DNA of 64,000 bases from Eledone cirrhosa (GCA_964016885.1 OZ024741.1:167214001-167278000); one strand, 5' to 3'. Shown: positions 1-20,003, counted from the first letter of the stretch. A program made the numbers and translations. Notes: generated by a model from the letters alone, not told the origin.

Positions 1-280
1 ACATATATATATACATATACACATATATATATACATATACACATATATATATATATATACACATATATATATACATATATATATACACATATATATATAC
101 ATATATATATACACATATATATATACATATATATATACACATATATATATACATATATACATATACATATATATATACATATATACATATACATATATAT
201 ATACATATATACATATATATATATACACATATATATACACATATATATACACATATATATATACATATATATATATATAC

Positions 281-311
<31 letters not shown>

Positions 312-314
312 CAC

Positions 315-345
<31 letters not shown>

Positions 346-430
346 TATATATATACACATATATATATATATACACATATATATATATATACACATATAT
401 ATATATATACACATATATATATATATACAC

Positions 431-513
<83 letters not shown>

Positions 514-610
514 CACATATATATATATATACATATATATATATACATATATATATATATACATATATATATATACATATATATATATATACATATATAT
601 ATATACATAT
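1..610. repeat. Interrupted (TA)n microsatellite
   Basis: TA dinucleotides with periodic C interruptions (TACA/CACA). Confidence 0.98.
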
Positions 611-2615
611 CATCATCATCATCATCATCAACGTTTAACGTCCGTGTTCCACGCTTGCATGGGTTTGGACGGGGGTAGTCCCACTTGAGGCAAGAGTGAT
701 TGTCTTGCTCGCATAGGACTGTCTGGCAGGTTTTCTACAGTTGGATGCCCTTCCTAACACCAACCACATTTACAGTGTGGGTCTGGGAGGTTTTTACCGT
801 GTTGCCTACACGGCCACATTACAGCGTGGACTGTGTGTTTTTTTGTCGTGACACCTACACGATCTCATTTGTTTCGGCCTCGAAGGCGCGGCACCAACAT
901 AACTTTACATAGAACGGGGTGGTGTGGATCGGGTGGGGGTGGGGGTGGTGGGACGGGGTGTATTTTGTTAGAGATGCCTACTGGCTGGAGTAGGTTTTAC
1001 TATATATTTAGGTAAGGCGGGTCTTCTCTGTTACTGAGTACCGCCAAAGGTCTCGGTCCAGTGACATTGTCTTGGAGAGGTGTAAGTGTGTGATGTCGGA
1101 GTTTATCAGCTCGTCCCAGGTTTTTCTAGGTCTGCCTATTCCGTGACTACCGTCTATCTTTATTGCCCTGCACTTTGTTATACAGCTATCGACTTTCATG
1201 CGCATCACGTGTCCATACCAACGTAGCCTTCTCTCGAGTAAACAACATCTGATCCCTCTTATCTCTAATTTTTTCCTTAGTTCGTTTATGCTTTGCCGTT
1301 CACGTATATTACTGTTACACATCCAGCGGAGCATGCAAGCTTCGTTCCTCTCTAGTCTGCGTATATCCTCTGCACACAATGCCCAGGTCTCACTGCCATG
1401 CAGCATTGCTGTTCGTATGCAGGCATCGTACAACCTGCCTTTCATTTTTAGTGAGAACCCTTTAGCAGCTAATAGTGGTATAAGCTCTCTGAACTTTTTC
1501 CAACCAGTTCTGACTCTAGCTACAGTACTTTCAGAGCACCCTCCACCACTGCTGATTTTATCGCCCAGGTAACGGAAGCTGTCCACTATTTCTATAGAAC
1601 CCTCTGCGCAATTGAAAGAGCTAGTAGTTTGTGGGCACTTGCTGCTACTTATTGCACCAGAGCACCGGCCACATGTAAAATCTATGTTCTTAGTTAGCTT
1701 ACCTGTGATCCCACTACATCTTTTATGCACCCATACTTTGCATTTAGGACATAAAATGGAGTTTCTACCTACGCCTTTCCTACACACCGAGCACGACCAT
1801 TTCCCAGAAGGGACCGCCGCCTTGTTTTCTTTCCTACAAACTAGTACTTTGGTCTTAGCCAGGTTAATTTTAAGTCCTTTTGACTCTAGGCCGTGCTTCC
1901 ATGTTTGGAATTTCTTCTCTAGCTCGGCCATTGATTCCGCTATGTGTGTCAGGTCGTCTGCGTATAGGAGTTCCCATGGGCAGCCTGTCTTGAACTCCTC
2001 TGTTATAGCCTGAAGGGCAATAATAAATAGTAGTGGACTGAGAACAGAGCCCTGATGGACGCCAACTTTTACGCTAAACTCTTCACTATATTCGTTGTTA
2101 ATTCTAACCTTGCTGACTGTTTCTTTATACATGGCTTGTATAGCCCTCACAAGCCATTCGTCAACGCCTAGTTTTCTAAGAGCCCACCAGATAATGGAGC
2201 GGGGGACTCTGTCGAAGGCTTTCTCCAAGTCGACAAAAGCTAAGTAGAGGGGTTTACCTTTAGCTAGGTACTTCTCCTGTAGTTGTCGTACTATGAAAAG
2301 AGCGTCTGTGGTACTTTTGCCTGACACAAACCCGAACTGCATTTCATCTAGGTCAATTCTCTCTCTGATTAGTTGCGCTATTACTCTTTCCGTGACCTTC
2401 ATGACCTGGTCGATTAATTTAATGCCTCTATAGTTACTCCTATCTAGGGCGTCTCCTTTACCCTTATAACAGTTAACGATGATGCTGCTATGCCAGTCCT
2501 TCGGAACAACCCCATTCTGTACGACTTGGTTAACTATGCGGGTGACCATGGTGTGTCCCACCGTGCCAGATGCCTTCAGCATCTCAGCAACTATTTCCGA
2601 AGGCCCAGCCGCCTT
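611..2615 (-). mobile_element. 5'-truncated RTE-clade LINE (family A), young copy
   Basis: RT ORF on the minus strand, 3' UTR and (GAT)n tail at 611-630; near-identical 3' ends at 19210-20003 and 61878-62529. Confidence 0.95.
1008..2615 (-). CDS. Uninterrupted partial ORF of RTE LINE: reverse transcriptase with PHD-type zinc finger insert
   Basis: Motifs [68 protein letters not shown]; the N-terminal YIYI part of the ORF call is microsatellite. Confidence 0.92.
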   Translation of the reverse strand, partial: KAAGPSEIVAEMLKASGTVGHTMVTRIVNQVVQNGVVPKDWHSSIIVNCYKGKGDALDRSNYRGIKLIDQVMKVTERVIAQLIRERIDLDEMQFGFVSGKSTTDALFIVRQLQEKYLAKGKPLYLAFVDLEKAFDRVPRSIIWWALRKLGVDEWLVRAIQAMYKETVSKVRINNEYSEEFSVKVGVHQGSVLSPLLFIIALQAITEEFKTGCPWELLYADDLTHIAESMAELEKKFQTWKHGLESKGLKINLAKTKVLVCRKENKAAVPSGKWSCSVCRKGVGRNSILCPKCKVWVHKRCSGITGKLTKNIDFTCGRCSGAISSSKCPQTTSSFNCAEGSIEIVDSFRYLGDKISSGGGCSESTVARVRTGWKKFRELIPLLAAKGFSLKMKGRLYDACIRTAMLHGSETWALCAEDIRRLERNEACMLRWMCNSNIRERQSINELRKKLEIRGIRCCLLERRLRWYGHVMRMKVDSCITKCRAIKIDGSHGIGRPRKTWDELINSDITHLHLSKTMSLDRDLWRYSVTEKTRLT

Positions 2616-3023
2616 ACATATACATATATATATATACATATATATATATACATATATATATATACATATATATATATACATATATATATATACATATACA
2701 TATACATATATATATATACATATATATATACATATATATATACATATATATATATACATATATATATATACATATATATATACATATATATATACATATA
2801 TATATACATATATACATATACATATATATATATACATATACATATATACATATACATATATATATATATATACATATATATATACATATATATATACATA
2901 TATACATATACATATATACATATACATATATACATATACATATATACATATATATATACATATATATATACATATATATATATACATATATATATATACA
3001 TATATATATATACATATATATAC

Positions 3024-3056
<33 letters not shown>

Positions 3057-3057
3057 C

Positions 3058-3090
<33 letters not shown>

Positions 3091-3091
3091 C

Positions 3092-3124
<33 letters not shown>

Positions 3125-3137
3125 CATATATATATAC

Positions 3138-3190
<53 letters not shown>

Positions 3191-3450
3191 CATATGTATA
3201 TATATATACATATGTATATATATATATATACATATGTATATATACATACATATGTATATATACATATGTATATATACATATATATATATATACACATATA
3301 TATATATACATATATATATATACATATACATATATACATATATATACATATACATATATACATATATATATACATATACATATATACATATACATATATA
3401 TATAAATATATATATATAAATATAAATATATATATATAAATATATAATAT
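2616..3450. repeat. Interrupted (TA)n microsatellite
   Basis: Direct inspection. Confidence 0.98.
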
Positions 3451-3925
3451 AAGATCAAAAGATGGTTAAAGGAGTTCCATATATTTTATTATGCGCATTT
3501 CAAAAACAAACATCATCAAGCAATAATATTTGTGTTTTCATCAGATAAAACAGGAGAACATGATATGAAGGCTAAAAAACACTTGTGGATAGTGCAGTTT
3601 TAAATCTACATATGAAAAGTGGTTTTAGATTGATGTGTGATATTGGGAAAAATATTTTATTTAGAGAGGGGGGGGGGAAGGATGAAAAGGGAAGGAGATG
3701 AGAGGGAGAGATGGGTGATAGAGAGAAAGAGATAGTTTTTATAACTGAGAGGAGATATATTTTTTACATAGAGAGGTTGAAAACCGTTGGAAGATACTGT
3801 ATAAATTAAAAATTTTGAAAATTAACGAAGGGAGGATATGTATATATATATAGTCCCACAAACTGTAGAGTGCTTCTTATCCGATATCTGCATTGCTTTA
3901 TTGTACTACAATAAAACTCACCTCC
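3451..3925 (-). mobile_element. Hammerhead-bearing PLE terminal-repeat (pLTR)-like fragment
   Basis: Reverse complement matches 35610-35815; contains a hammerhead and sits between TA arrays. Confidence 0.65.
3482..3552 (-). ncRNA. Minimal type I hammerhead ribozyme
   Basis: Minus strand: TGTTTTAT-CTGATGA-16 bp stem II-GAAA-T-GCGC-A-TA-ATAAAATA; stem I pairs and the core is intact. Confidence 0.85.
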
Positions 3926-3970
3926 TACATATATAAATATATATATATACATATATACATATACATATAA

Positions 3971-4003
<33 letters not shown>

Positions 4004-4072
4004 CATATATATATACATATATATATACATATATATACATATATATATACATATATATATACATATATATAC

Positions 4073-4125
<53 letters not shown>

Positions 4126-4270
4126 AATACACATATATATATATATAAATACACATATATAAATACACATATATATATATATATATACACATATATATAT
4201 ATATATATACACATATATATATATATATATACACATATATATATATATATATACACATATATATATATAT

Positions 4271-4311
<41 letters not shown>

Positions 4312-4580
4312 TATATATATATATATACACATATATATATATATATATATACACATATATATATATATACACATATATATATATATACACATATATATAT
4401 ATATATATATACACATATATATATACACACACATATATATATACACATATATATATATATATATACACATATATATATATATATACACATATATATATAT
4501 ATATACACATATACACATATATATATACATATATATATATATATACACATACATATATATATACATATATATATATACAT
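3926..4580. repeat. Interrupted (TA)n microsatellite
   Basis: Direct inspection. Confidence 0.98.
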
Positions 4581-6952
4581 ATCTATCTATCTAAGGCGGG
4601 TAAAATTCCCGAGATCCATGGACGAGTTCTCTCCAGCGGTCTCTGTCCCTCATTATCGCTGCCATATCCTGCATCTCCAACAGACCAGTGTCTGTCCTTA
4701 GGGCATCAACATATGTTAACCTTGGTCTTCCTCCTCTAGTGTGTCCATGTAGGGGCTCCCAAAGGAGCACTGAGTGCAATGTCAACTCTGGATGTCAGTG
4801 AGCATGTCCAGCCAACCTCAGTCTCCTCTGTGTCACTTTTGAGCTGACTTTTGGGATGCTCCCATACAGCTCTGAGTTTTTCATCCTCAGTGTATACTGA
4901 TTAATGTTCAGAGCCATCCTCAGCATTCTCGTGTAACACCCATCCACCATCTGAGTGAGTCTCTTGGTCAGTGTCCAAGTCTCAGACCCATACAGCACAG
5001 ACTCCACTACAGCAATGAAGAGGCGGATTTTCAGGTCCGACTTCCACACCGATCTCAAGCTGTGACACGCCGCGCAGGCCTTGCTCTTCCTCTCAACCAC
5101 ATCATCCTCCGTATTCCCAATCTTTGCTCCCAAATACAGGAAGTCCTCAACCAATTCCAGCGGCTTCCCGCCTACATTAGTGATCCCCTCTGGCTTCTCA
5201 ACATTCTCTACCAGATATTTTGTTTTAGTCTCATTCAGTCTCAACCTCCCGCATCAAATCCTCTGCCTCCTTCACTGTATTTGTCACCAAAACTATGTCG
5301 TCGGCAAATTCAGCATCCGATACCTTTTTCGCCCCAACTCTCCTGCTCTGAGCCGATGCTACAGTAAAGCCAGTGTCCTGGTGTTTCTCCAGTGCAAGGC
5401 GCATACAATAGTCCACTACGATGATAAAAAGGTAGGGAGCCAATGTATCTCCTTGGAGCACTCCAGCCAGTATCTCAAAGAACTCTGTCATCCCATCAGG
5501 TGTAATGACTTGGGCTTTGGTGTTGGTGTAGAGCAGTGATATCAGGTCCACTATCCTCTTGGGGATTCCATAAGCCTGTAAGATCTTCATCAGGCAGTAA
5601 CGGTCCACAGAATCAAAGGCCTTCCTAAAGTCAATGAAAACCATGACCGCAGGAAGGCACTTTGCTCTAGCTCCCTCTAATATCCTCCACAGCATCAGGA
5701 TGTGACTGGTGGTTGATCTACCCTCTCTGAAGCCGTTCTGGTTGTCCCTGAGCTTCTTCTCCATCTCAGGCTGGATCCTGTTAAGAATCATCCTGTTGAG
5801 GGTCTTTGCCACAAGTGACGTCAGTGAGATCCCCCGGTAGTTGTTGGTGTTAGAGAGATCTCCCTTCTTTGGCACTGGGACGATGTTACTGATCCTCCAC
5901 TGATTCGGGGCAACTCCTTTATCCAGTGCCCCGTTACAGAACCCCAGGATGATATCATCAAAATCACACCTCTTCATCACCTCTGATGCCACTCCATCTT
6001 CTCCATGAGCCTTGCCCTCCTTGATCTTCTTCTTGGCTCTCTGAAGCTCCTCTCTGGTGAAGGGGCTCTGTCTCAACATCCAGTTCCTCAAACAGCCGCC
6101 TGATCTCCCCAGTGCTCTGGGCTGTGGAGGGTGGCTCTCCTAGTAGGGTCCTAAAATGGTCTAGCCATTTCCTCTTCCTATCCTCGGGCCCCGTTCCCTG
6201 GATCTGACTTGAACACCTTTTCTTCCTCCCTGTGATCTCGTTGATGATCATCCAGCTCTCCTTACATCCAGATCTGTCAACCGCTCTCTCCACACTTCTG
6301 ATCTTCTCTATCAGTGCCTCCTCTCTGACCTCAGTGTAAGCGGTACAGAGCTCTTCCCTCATCACCTCCACAGTCTCCATCCTCTCCTCCGTAGGATCAG
6401 CATAGAATTGGTCCCTGGCAGCTTTCAGGTGTTCTCTGGCTGCACACACTTTTGGGTTTGCAGAGCTGACGCGCTTCCCTTTGTTCTTTTTCCTCGGCAC
6501 CAGGGTTTCACTTGCTTTCGCCACTGCATTGGTGAAGTGCCCGTACCTCCTCGTCACACTCTCCTCAGTCCATCCAATCTCTCTCTCCTCTGACTCTCCA
6601 CACAGAGCACTAAACCTGTTTCTCACTTCCACTGTGAACCTCTCCTGTAGCCCATCATCTTCCTTGAAAGCTCCCCAGTCATAGATTGTTCTCCGGGTCT
6701 GAGCCTTGCTCTTTCTTAAGCTCACGCGGACCTCACTCATAACAAGCCGGTGGTCACTACCCAGTGTACTGAAATAGCTGTATGGTTCCGTGTTCAGAAC
6801 ACTATTCCGCCACTTTTTCCTCACCAGAATGAAATCAATTTGGGACTTGGACAGGTGCATATCTGAGATGTAGGTCCACATCTTCCCCAGATTCTTCCTA
6901 AACCTTAGGTTGGTCGCCATCAAGTTCGCCTCCAGCAGGGTGTCTCTCAGTA

Positions 6953-6953
<1 letters not shown>
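4581..6953 (-). mobile_element. RTE-group (RTE/RTEX-like) LINE family B, frameshifted EN-RT ORF with (TAGA)n tail
   Basis: APE C-terminus QIDFIL...SDHRLV; RT motifs NYRGISL, QNGFR, FIDFRKAFDSV, GVLQGDTLAPYLF, FADD, YGSETW; split over ORFs 5964, 5231, 4795 and 4591. Confidence 0.93.
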
Positions 6954-6987
<34 letters not shown>

Positions 6988-7004
6988 CATATATATACAT
7001 ATAC

Positions 7005-7041
<37 letters not shown>

Positions 7042-7300
7042 CATATACATATATATACATACATATATATACATATACATATATATACATATACATATAT
7101 ATACATATACATATATATACATACATATATATACATATACATATATATACATACATATATATACATATACATATATATACATATACATATATATACATAT
7201 ATATACATATACATATATATACATATACATATATATACATACATATATATACATATACATATATATACATATACATATATATACATATACATATACATAT

Positions 7301-7335
<35 letters not shown>

Positions 7336-7476
7336 TATATATCACATATACATATATATATATACATATATATATATACATATACATATATATATATACA
7401 TATACATATATATATATACATATATATATACATATATATATACATATATATATACATATATATATACATATATACA

Positions 7477-7539
<63 letters not shown>

Positions 7540-7572
7540 CATATATATATACATATATATATACATATATAC

Positions 7573-7619
<47 letters not shown>

Positions 7620-7752
7620 CATATATATACATATATATATATATATACATATATATATACATATATATATACATATATATATACATATATACATATATAT
7701 ATACATATATATATACATATATATATACATATATACATACATATATACATAC

Positions 7753-7783
<31 letters not shown>

Positions 7784-7784
7784 C

Positions 7785-7815
<31 letters not shown>

Positions 7816-7832
7816 CATACATATATATATAC

Positions 7833-7899
<67 letters not shown>

Positions 7900-7904
7900 C
7901 ATAC

Positions 7905-7945
<41 letters not shown>

Positions 7946-7976
7946 CATACATATATATACATATATATATATATAT
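6954..7976. repeat. Interrupted (TA)n array inside LINE family B
   Basis: Direct inspection. Confidence 0.98.
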
Positions 7977-8530
7977 GGTGGCTGCCAACTCGTTTTCGAG
8001 TACGGCCACTACTTTATATCCATGTAGGAGAACCCCTACCGAAGCGCTGCATGAGTGTGACTTTTTAGTCCAGCCAGCGACTTGAAAACTCTGGTACAAA
8101 CACTACACTTGTGACAATTATTGACACATAGTGCTGGGCCCATGGTACCATGTGAGGACAAGTGCAGAGAGATCTCCAGATATAAAGCAATGCCCTGTGC
8201 CGTGAAGCTTTTATAGTGAGCAAAGGCACTGCACAAAGCCAGTCCCACTCTCTTAACCAAGATGATATTTACCAAAAAGAAGAACAAGTCAACATCATTG
8301 GATACCATCAAGGTTGCAGGTGTTATATCAGAGTTTTCCTTCTCCTAGAATTCTGCCTTGACAAAGGCTAAGGGGTCATCTCTCCCGGTGATTTTGGATG
8401 GCCATTGACTCTTAAGAGCTCCTTTGCCCTTTGACAGGTTTTGTTTTTAGTCCTGCAGGATGTCCAAAGTCACCCTCCTCACCAAGAGACCTTGGTGGGG
8501 TTGCCAGTTTAGTCGCCAACGACCCGACCA
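7977..8530 (-). mobile_element. Probable 5' region of LINE family B, with a C2H2 zinc finger fragment
   Basis: [21 protein letters not shown] in ORF 8036-8311; motif TCAGAGTTTTCCTT..CTAG..AAGGCTAA is shared with 51610-51655. Confidence 0.6.
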
Positions 8531-8563
8531 TATACATACATATATGTATATATATATATATGC

Positions 8564-8598
<35 letters not shown>

Positions 8599-8603
8599 CA
8601 TAC

Positions 8604-8636
<33 letters not shown>

Positions 8637-8641
8637 CATAC

Positions 8642-8674
<33 letters not shown>

Positions 8675-8679
8675 CATAC

Positions 8680-8712
<33 letters not shown>

Positions 8713-8729
8713 CATACATATATATATAC

Positions 8730-8782
<53 letters not shown>

Positions 8783-8856
8783 CATACATATATATATACA
8801 TATATATATATACATATATATATATACAATATATATATATACATATATATATATAC

Positions 8857-8909
<53 letters not shown>

Positions 8910-8964
8910 ATATACATATATATATATACATATATATATATAATATACATATATATATATATAC

Positions 8965-8995
<31 letters not shown>

Positions 8996-9008
8996 CATAT
9001 ATATATAC

Positions 9009-9039
<31 letters not shown>

Positions 9040-9222
9040 CATATATATATATACATATATATATATATACATATATATACATATATATACATATATATAC
9101 ATATATGTATATATATGTATATATGTATATATATATATGCATATATATATATATATACATATATGTATATATATATATATATGCATATATATATATACAT
9201 ATATGTATATATATATATATGC

Positions 9223-9319
<97 letters not shown>

Positions 9320-9632
9320 CATATATATACATATATATATATATACATATATGTATATATATATATATGCATATATATATATATACATATATGTATATAT
9401 ATATATATGCATATATATATATATACATATATGTATATATATATATGCATATATATATATATACATATATGTATATATATATATATGCATATATATATAT
9501 ATATACATATATGTATATATATATATGCATATATATATATGCATATATATACATATATATATATATGTATATATATGTATATATATATATATATACATAT
9601 ATATAAATATATGTATATATATATATATATGC

Positions 9633-9665
<33 letters not shown>

Positions 9666-9693
9666 CATATATGTATATATATATATATGCATA

Positions 9694-9726
<33 letters not shown>

Positions 9727-9888
9727 GTATATATATGTATATGACCCTCCCAGAGTAATAACAATATATATATATACATATGCATATATATATATATACA
9801 TTATATATACATATATATATATACACATATGCATATATATATATATACATATATAAATATATACATATGCATATATATATATATATAC

Positions 9889-9919
<31 letters not shown>

Positions 9920-10392
9920 CACATATATATACATACATATACATATACATATATATACATACATATACATATATATACATACATATACATATACATATAT
10001 ATACATACATATACATATACGTATATTATACATACATATACATATACATACATATATATACATATATATATATATATACATACATATATATATACATACA
10101 TATATATACATATATATATACATACATATATATACATATATATACATATATACATACATATATATATACATATATACATACATATATATACATATATATA
10201 TATATATACATACATATATATACATATATATATATTTACATACATATATATATATATACATACATATACATACATATATATACATATATATATATATACA
10301 TACATATATATATATATACATACATATACATACATATATATATACATACATATATATATATATATACATACATATATATATATACATACATA

Positions 10393-10424
<32 letters not shown>

Positions 10425-10426
10425 CA

Positions 10427-10466
<40 letters not shown>

Positions 10467-10472
10467 CATACA

Positions 10473-10512
<40 letters not shown>

Positions 10513-10925
10513 CATACATATATATATACATACATATATATTATACATACATATATATATACATACATATATATACACATACATATATATACACATACAT
10601 ATATATACATATATATATACATATATATACATACATACATATATATACATATATATATACATAAATATATATACATATATATATATATACATATATATAG
10701 ATATATATACATATACATACATACATACATATATACATATACATACATACATACATATACATACATACATATATATATATATACATACATATATATATAT
10801 ATATACATACATATATATATATATATACATACATATATATATATACATATATATACATACATATATATATACATACATATATATATACATATATATATAC
10901 ATATATATAATACATATATATATAC

Positions 10926-10968
<43 letters not shown>

Positions 10969-11586
10969 TATATATATATATATACACATATACATATACA
11001 TATATATATATACACATATACATATACATATATATATATATATATATTACACATATACATATACATATATATATATACACATATACATATACATATATAT
11101 ATATACATACATATATATATACATATACATATATATATATACATACATATATATATACATATATATATACATATACATATACATATATATATACATATAT
11201 ATATACATATATATATACATATATATATACATATATATATACATATATATATACATATATATATACATATATATATACATATATATATACATATATATAT
11301 ACATATATATATACATATATATATACATATATATATATATATACATATATATATAACATATATATATATACATATATATATATACATATATATACATATA
11401 TGTATATATGTATATATATATATGCATATAAATATATATATATACATATATGTATATATATGTATATATGTATATATATATATGCATATAAATATATATA
11501 TATACATATATGTATATATATGTATATATGTATATATATATATGCATATATATATATATACATATATGTATATATATATATATGCA

Positions 11587-11626
<40 letters not shown>

Positions 11627-11686
11627 CATATATGTATATATATATATATACATATATGTATATATATATATATATATATATGCATA

Positions 11687-11721
<35 letters not shown>

Positions 11722-11737
11722 TATATACATATATGTA

Positions 11738-11775
<38 letters not shown>

Positions 11776-11957
11776 CATATATGTATATATATAATATATG
11801 CATATATATATATATACATATATGTATATATATATATATGCATATATATATATATACATATATGTATATATATATATATGCATATATATATACATATATG
11901 TATATATATATATATGCATATATATATATATACATATATGTATATATATATATATGC

Positions 11958-12011
<54 letters not shown>

Positions 12012-12013
12012 GC

Positions 12014-12068
<55 letters not shown>

Positions 12069-12096
12069 CATATATGTATATATATATATATATTGC

Positions 12097-12143
<47 letters not shown>

Positions 12144-12482
12144 TGTATATATATATATATGCATATATATACATATATATATATATGTATATATATGTAT
12201 ATGACCCTCACAGAGTATAACAATATATATATACATATGCATATATATATATATACATATATATACATATATATACATATAGATATATACACATATGCAT
12301 ATATATATATATATATACATATATATACATATATATATATATACATATGCATATATATATATATACATATATATACATATATATACATATATATATATAC
12401 ACATATGCATATATATATATATATATACATATATATACATATATATATATATATACATATGCATATATATATATATATACAT

Positions 12483-12516
<34 letters not shown>

Positions 12517-12733
12517 ATATACATACATATACATATATATACACATATATATACATACATATACATATATATACATATATATACACATATATATACATAC
12601 ATATACATATACATATATATACATACATATACATATACATATATATATATACATACATATACATATATATATACATATATATATACATATATATATATAC
12701 ATACATATACATATATATATATACATATATATA
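8531..12733. repeat. Complex (TA)n-derived array with TACA/TGCA/TGTA variants
   Basis: Direct inspection; short non-TA islands at 9741-9766 and 12201-12225. Confidence 0.97.
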
Positions 12734-12770
12734 GTTAAAAGAATAGAGGTGTAACACACAAGTTATTATA

Positions 12771-13152
12771 TATTGGTAAACGGAATAGAAAATGCTGAAA
12801 AATTGTTCACAGTTGAAATATTGGTTTAATTAGGAATAAAAGAGTATTAGTGATTGTATAGGTTAGTATTCAGTTGTGGTTTTAAGTTTTTAAGTTTTTA
12901 CCGGTTGCGCATTTCTAAATGCTTTTCAAAAATAATTTTGAGATAGAGCGTCCGTGCTCAAACAGCACGGACACTCTATCTCAAAATTATTTTTGAAAAG
13001 CATTTAGAAATGCGCAACCGGTAAAAACTTAAAAACTTAAAACCACAACTGAATACTAACCTATACAATCACTAATACTCTTTTATTCCTAATTAAACCA
13101 ATATTTCAACTGGTGAACAATTTGTCAGCATTTTCTATTCCGTTTACCAATA
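12771..13152. repeat. Foldback inverted repeat, arms about 188 bp, 5-nt loop
   Basis: Arms are reverse complements with about 3 differences; centre is GTGCT-CAAAC-AGCAC. Confidence 0.95.
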
Positions 13153-17677
<4,525 letters not shown>

Positions 17678-17738
17678 AGCGGCGATGAATTAGTTTTGCG
17701 AGGTTTTTTATATGAAATCGTGTGTCGAAACAGATATT

Positions 17739-17865
17739 GTTATATTTGGGGAGGGTCATATTTGCGTAATATTGCCAGAATTAATAACAGAACACACTCA
17801 CAGTGAGTGTGTTCTGTTATTAATTCTGGCAATATTACGCAAATATGACCCTCCCCAAATATAAC
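17739..17865. repeat. Perfect 62-bp-arm palindrome of the GGGAGGGTCAT repeat family
   Basis: GTTATATTTGGGGAGGGTCAT...CACTCA-CAG-TGAGTG...ATGACCCTCCCCAAATATAAC. Confidence 0.95.
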
Positions 17866-18760
<895 letters not shown>

Positions 18761-18989
18761 GGTGGCTGCCAACTCGTTTTCGAGTACGGCCACTACTTTA
18801 TATCCATGTAGGAGAACCCCGACCGATGCGCCGAACGGGTGTGACTTTTTAGTCCAGCCAGCGACTTGAAAACTCTGGAACAAACACTACACTTGTGACA
18901 ATTATTGACACATAGTGCTGGGCCCATGGTACCACGCGACGACAAGTGCAGAGAGATCTCCAGATACAAAGCAATGCCTGTGCCGTGAA

Positions 18990-18991
<2 letters not shown>
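18761..18991 (-). mobile_element. Second copy of the C2H2-finger LINE fragment
   Basis: Aligns to 7977-8207; encodes [22 protein letters not shown]. Confidence 0.75.
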
Positions 18992-19068
<77 letters not shown>

Positions 19069-19079
19069 CATATATATAT

Positions 19080-19112
<33 letters not shown>

Positions 19113-19209
19113 TATATACATATATATACATATATACATATATATATATACATACATATATATATACATACATATATATATACATACATATATATATATA
19201 TATATACAT

Positions 19210-20003
19210 TATCATCATCATCATCATCGTTTAACGTCCATATTCCACGCTTGCATGGGTTTGGACGGGAGTTTTCCCACTTGAGGCAAGAGTGGTTGTC
19301 TTGCTCGTATAGGATTGTCTGGCGGGTTTTCTACGGCTGGATGCCCTTCCTAACACCAACCACATTACAGCGTGGACTGTGTGTTTTTTTGTCGTGACAC
19401 CTACACGACCTCATTTATTTTGGGCTGGATATTGTGGTACCAACATAACTTTACATTGAAAGGGGTGGTGTGGATGGGGTAGGGGTAGTGGGACAGGGGT
19501 GTATTTTGTTAGAGGTGCCTACTGACTGTAGTAGGTTTCACTTTGTACTTAGGTAAGGCGGGTCTTCTCTATTGTGTAGCGCCAAAGATCTCGGTCCAGT
19601 GACATTGTCTTGGAGAGGTGTATGTGTGTGAGGTCGGAATTTATCAAGTCGTCCCAGGTTTTTCTGGGTCTGCCTACTCCGTGGCTAACGTCTATTTTTA
19701 TTGCCCTGCACTTTTTTATACAGCTGTCGTCTTTCATGCGCATCACGTGACCATACCAACGTAGCCTTCTCTCGAGTAAACAACATCTGATCCCTCTTAT
19801 TTTTAATTTTTCCCTTAGTTCGTTTCTGCTTTGCCGTTCACGTATATTACTATTACACATCCAGCGGAGCATGCAAGCTTCGTTCCTTTCCAGTCTGTGT
19901 ATATCCTCTGCACACAATGCCCAGGTCTCACTGCCATGCAACATTGATGTTCGTATGCAGGTATCATACAGCCTGCCTTTCATTTTTAGAGAGAACCCTT
20001 TAG
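19210..20003 (-). mobile_element. RTE family A 3' end
   Basis: ORF 19549-19983 matches the C-terminus of ORF 1008; (GAT)n tail. Confidence 0.95.

Noticed and set aside
18920-18970. SGD...GP peptide resembling a 2A ribosomal-skip motif
   Set aside because: It lacks the required D(V/I)ExNPGP consensus.
19210-20003. Hyperediting in RTE family A copies
   Set aside because: By eye, differences among the copies at 611, 19210 and 61878 are mixed substitutions with no A-to-G clustering.
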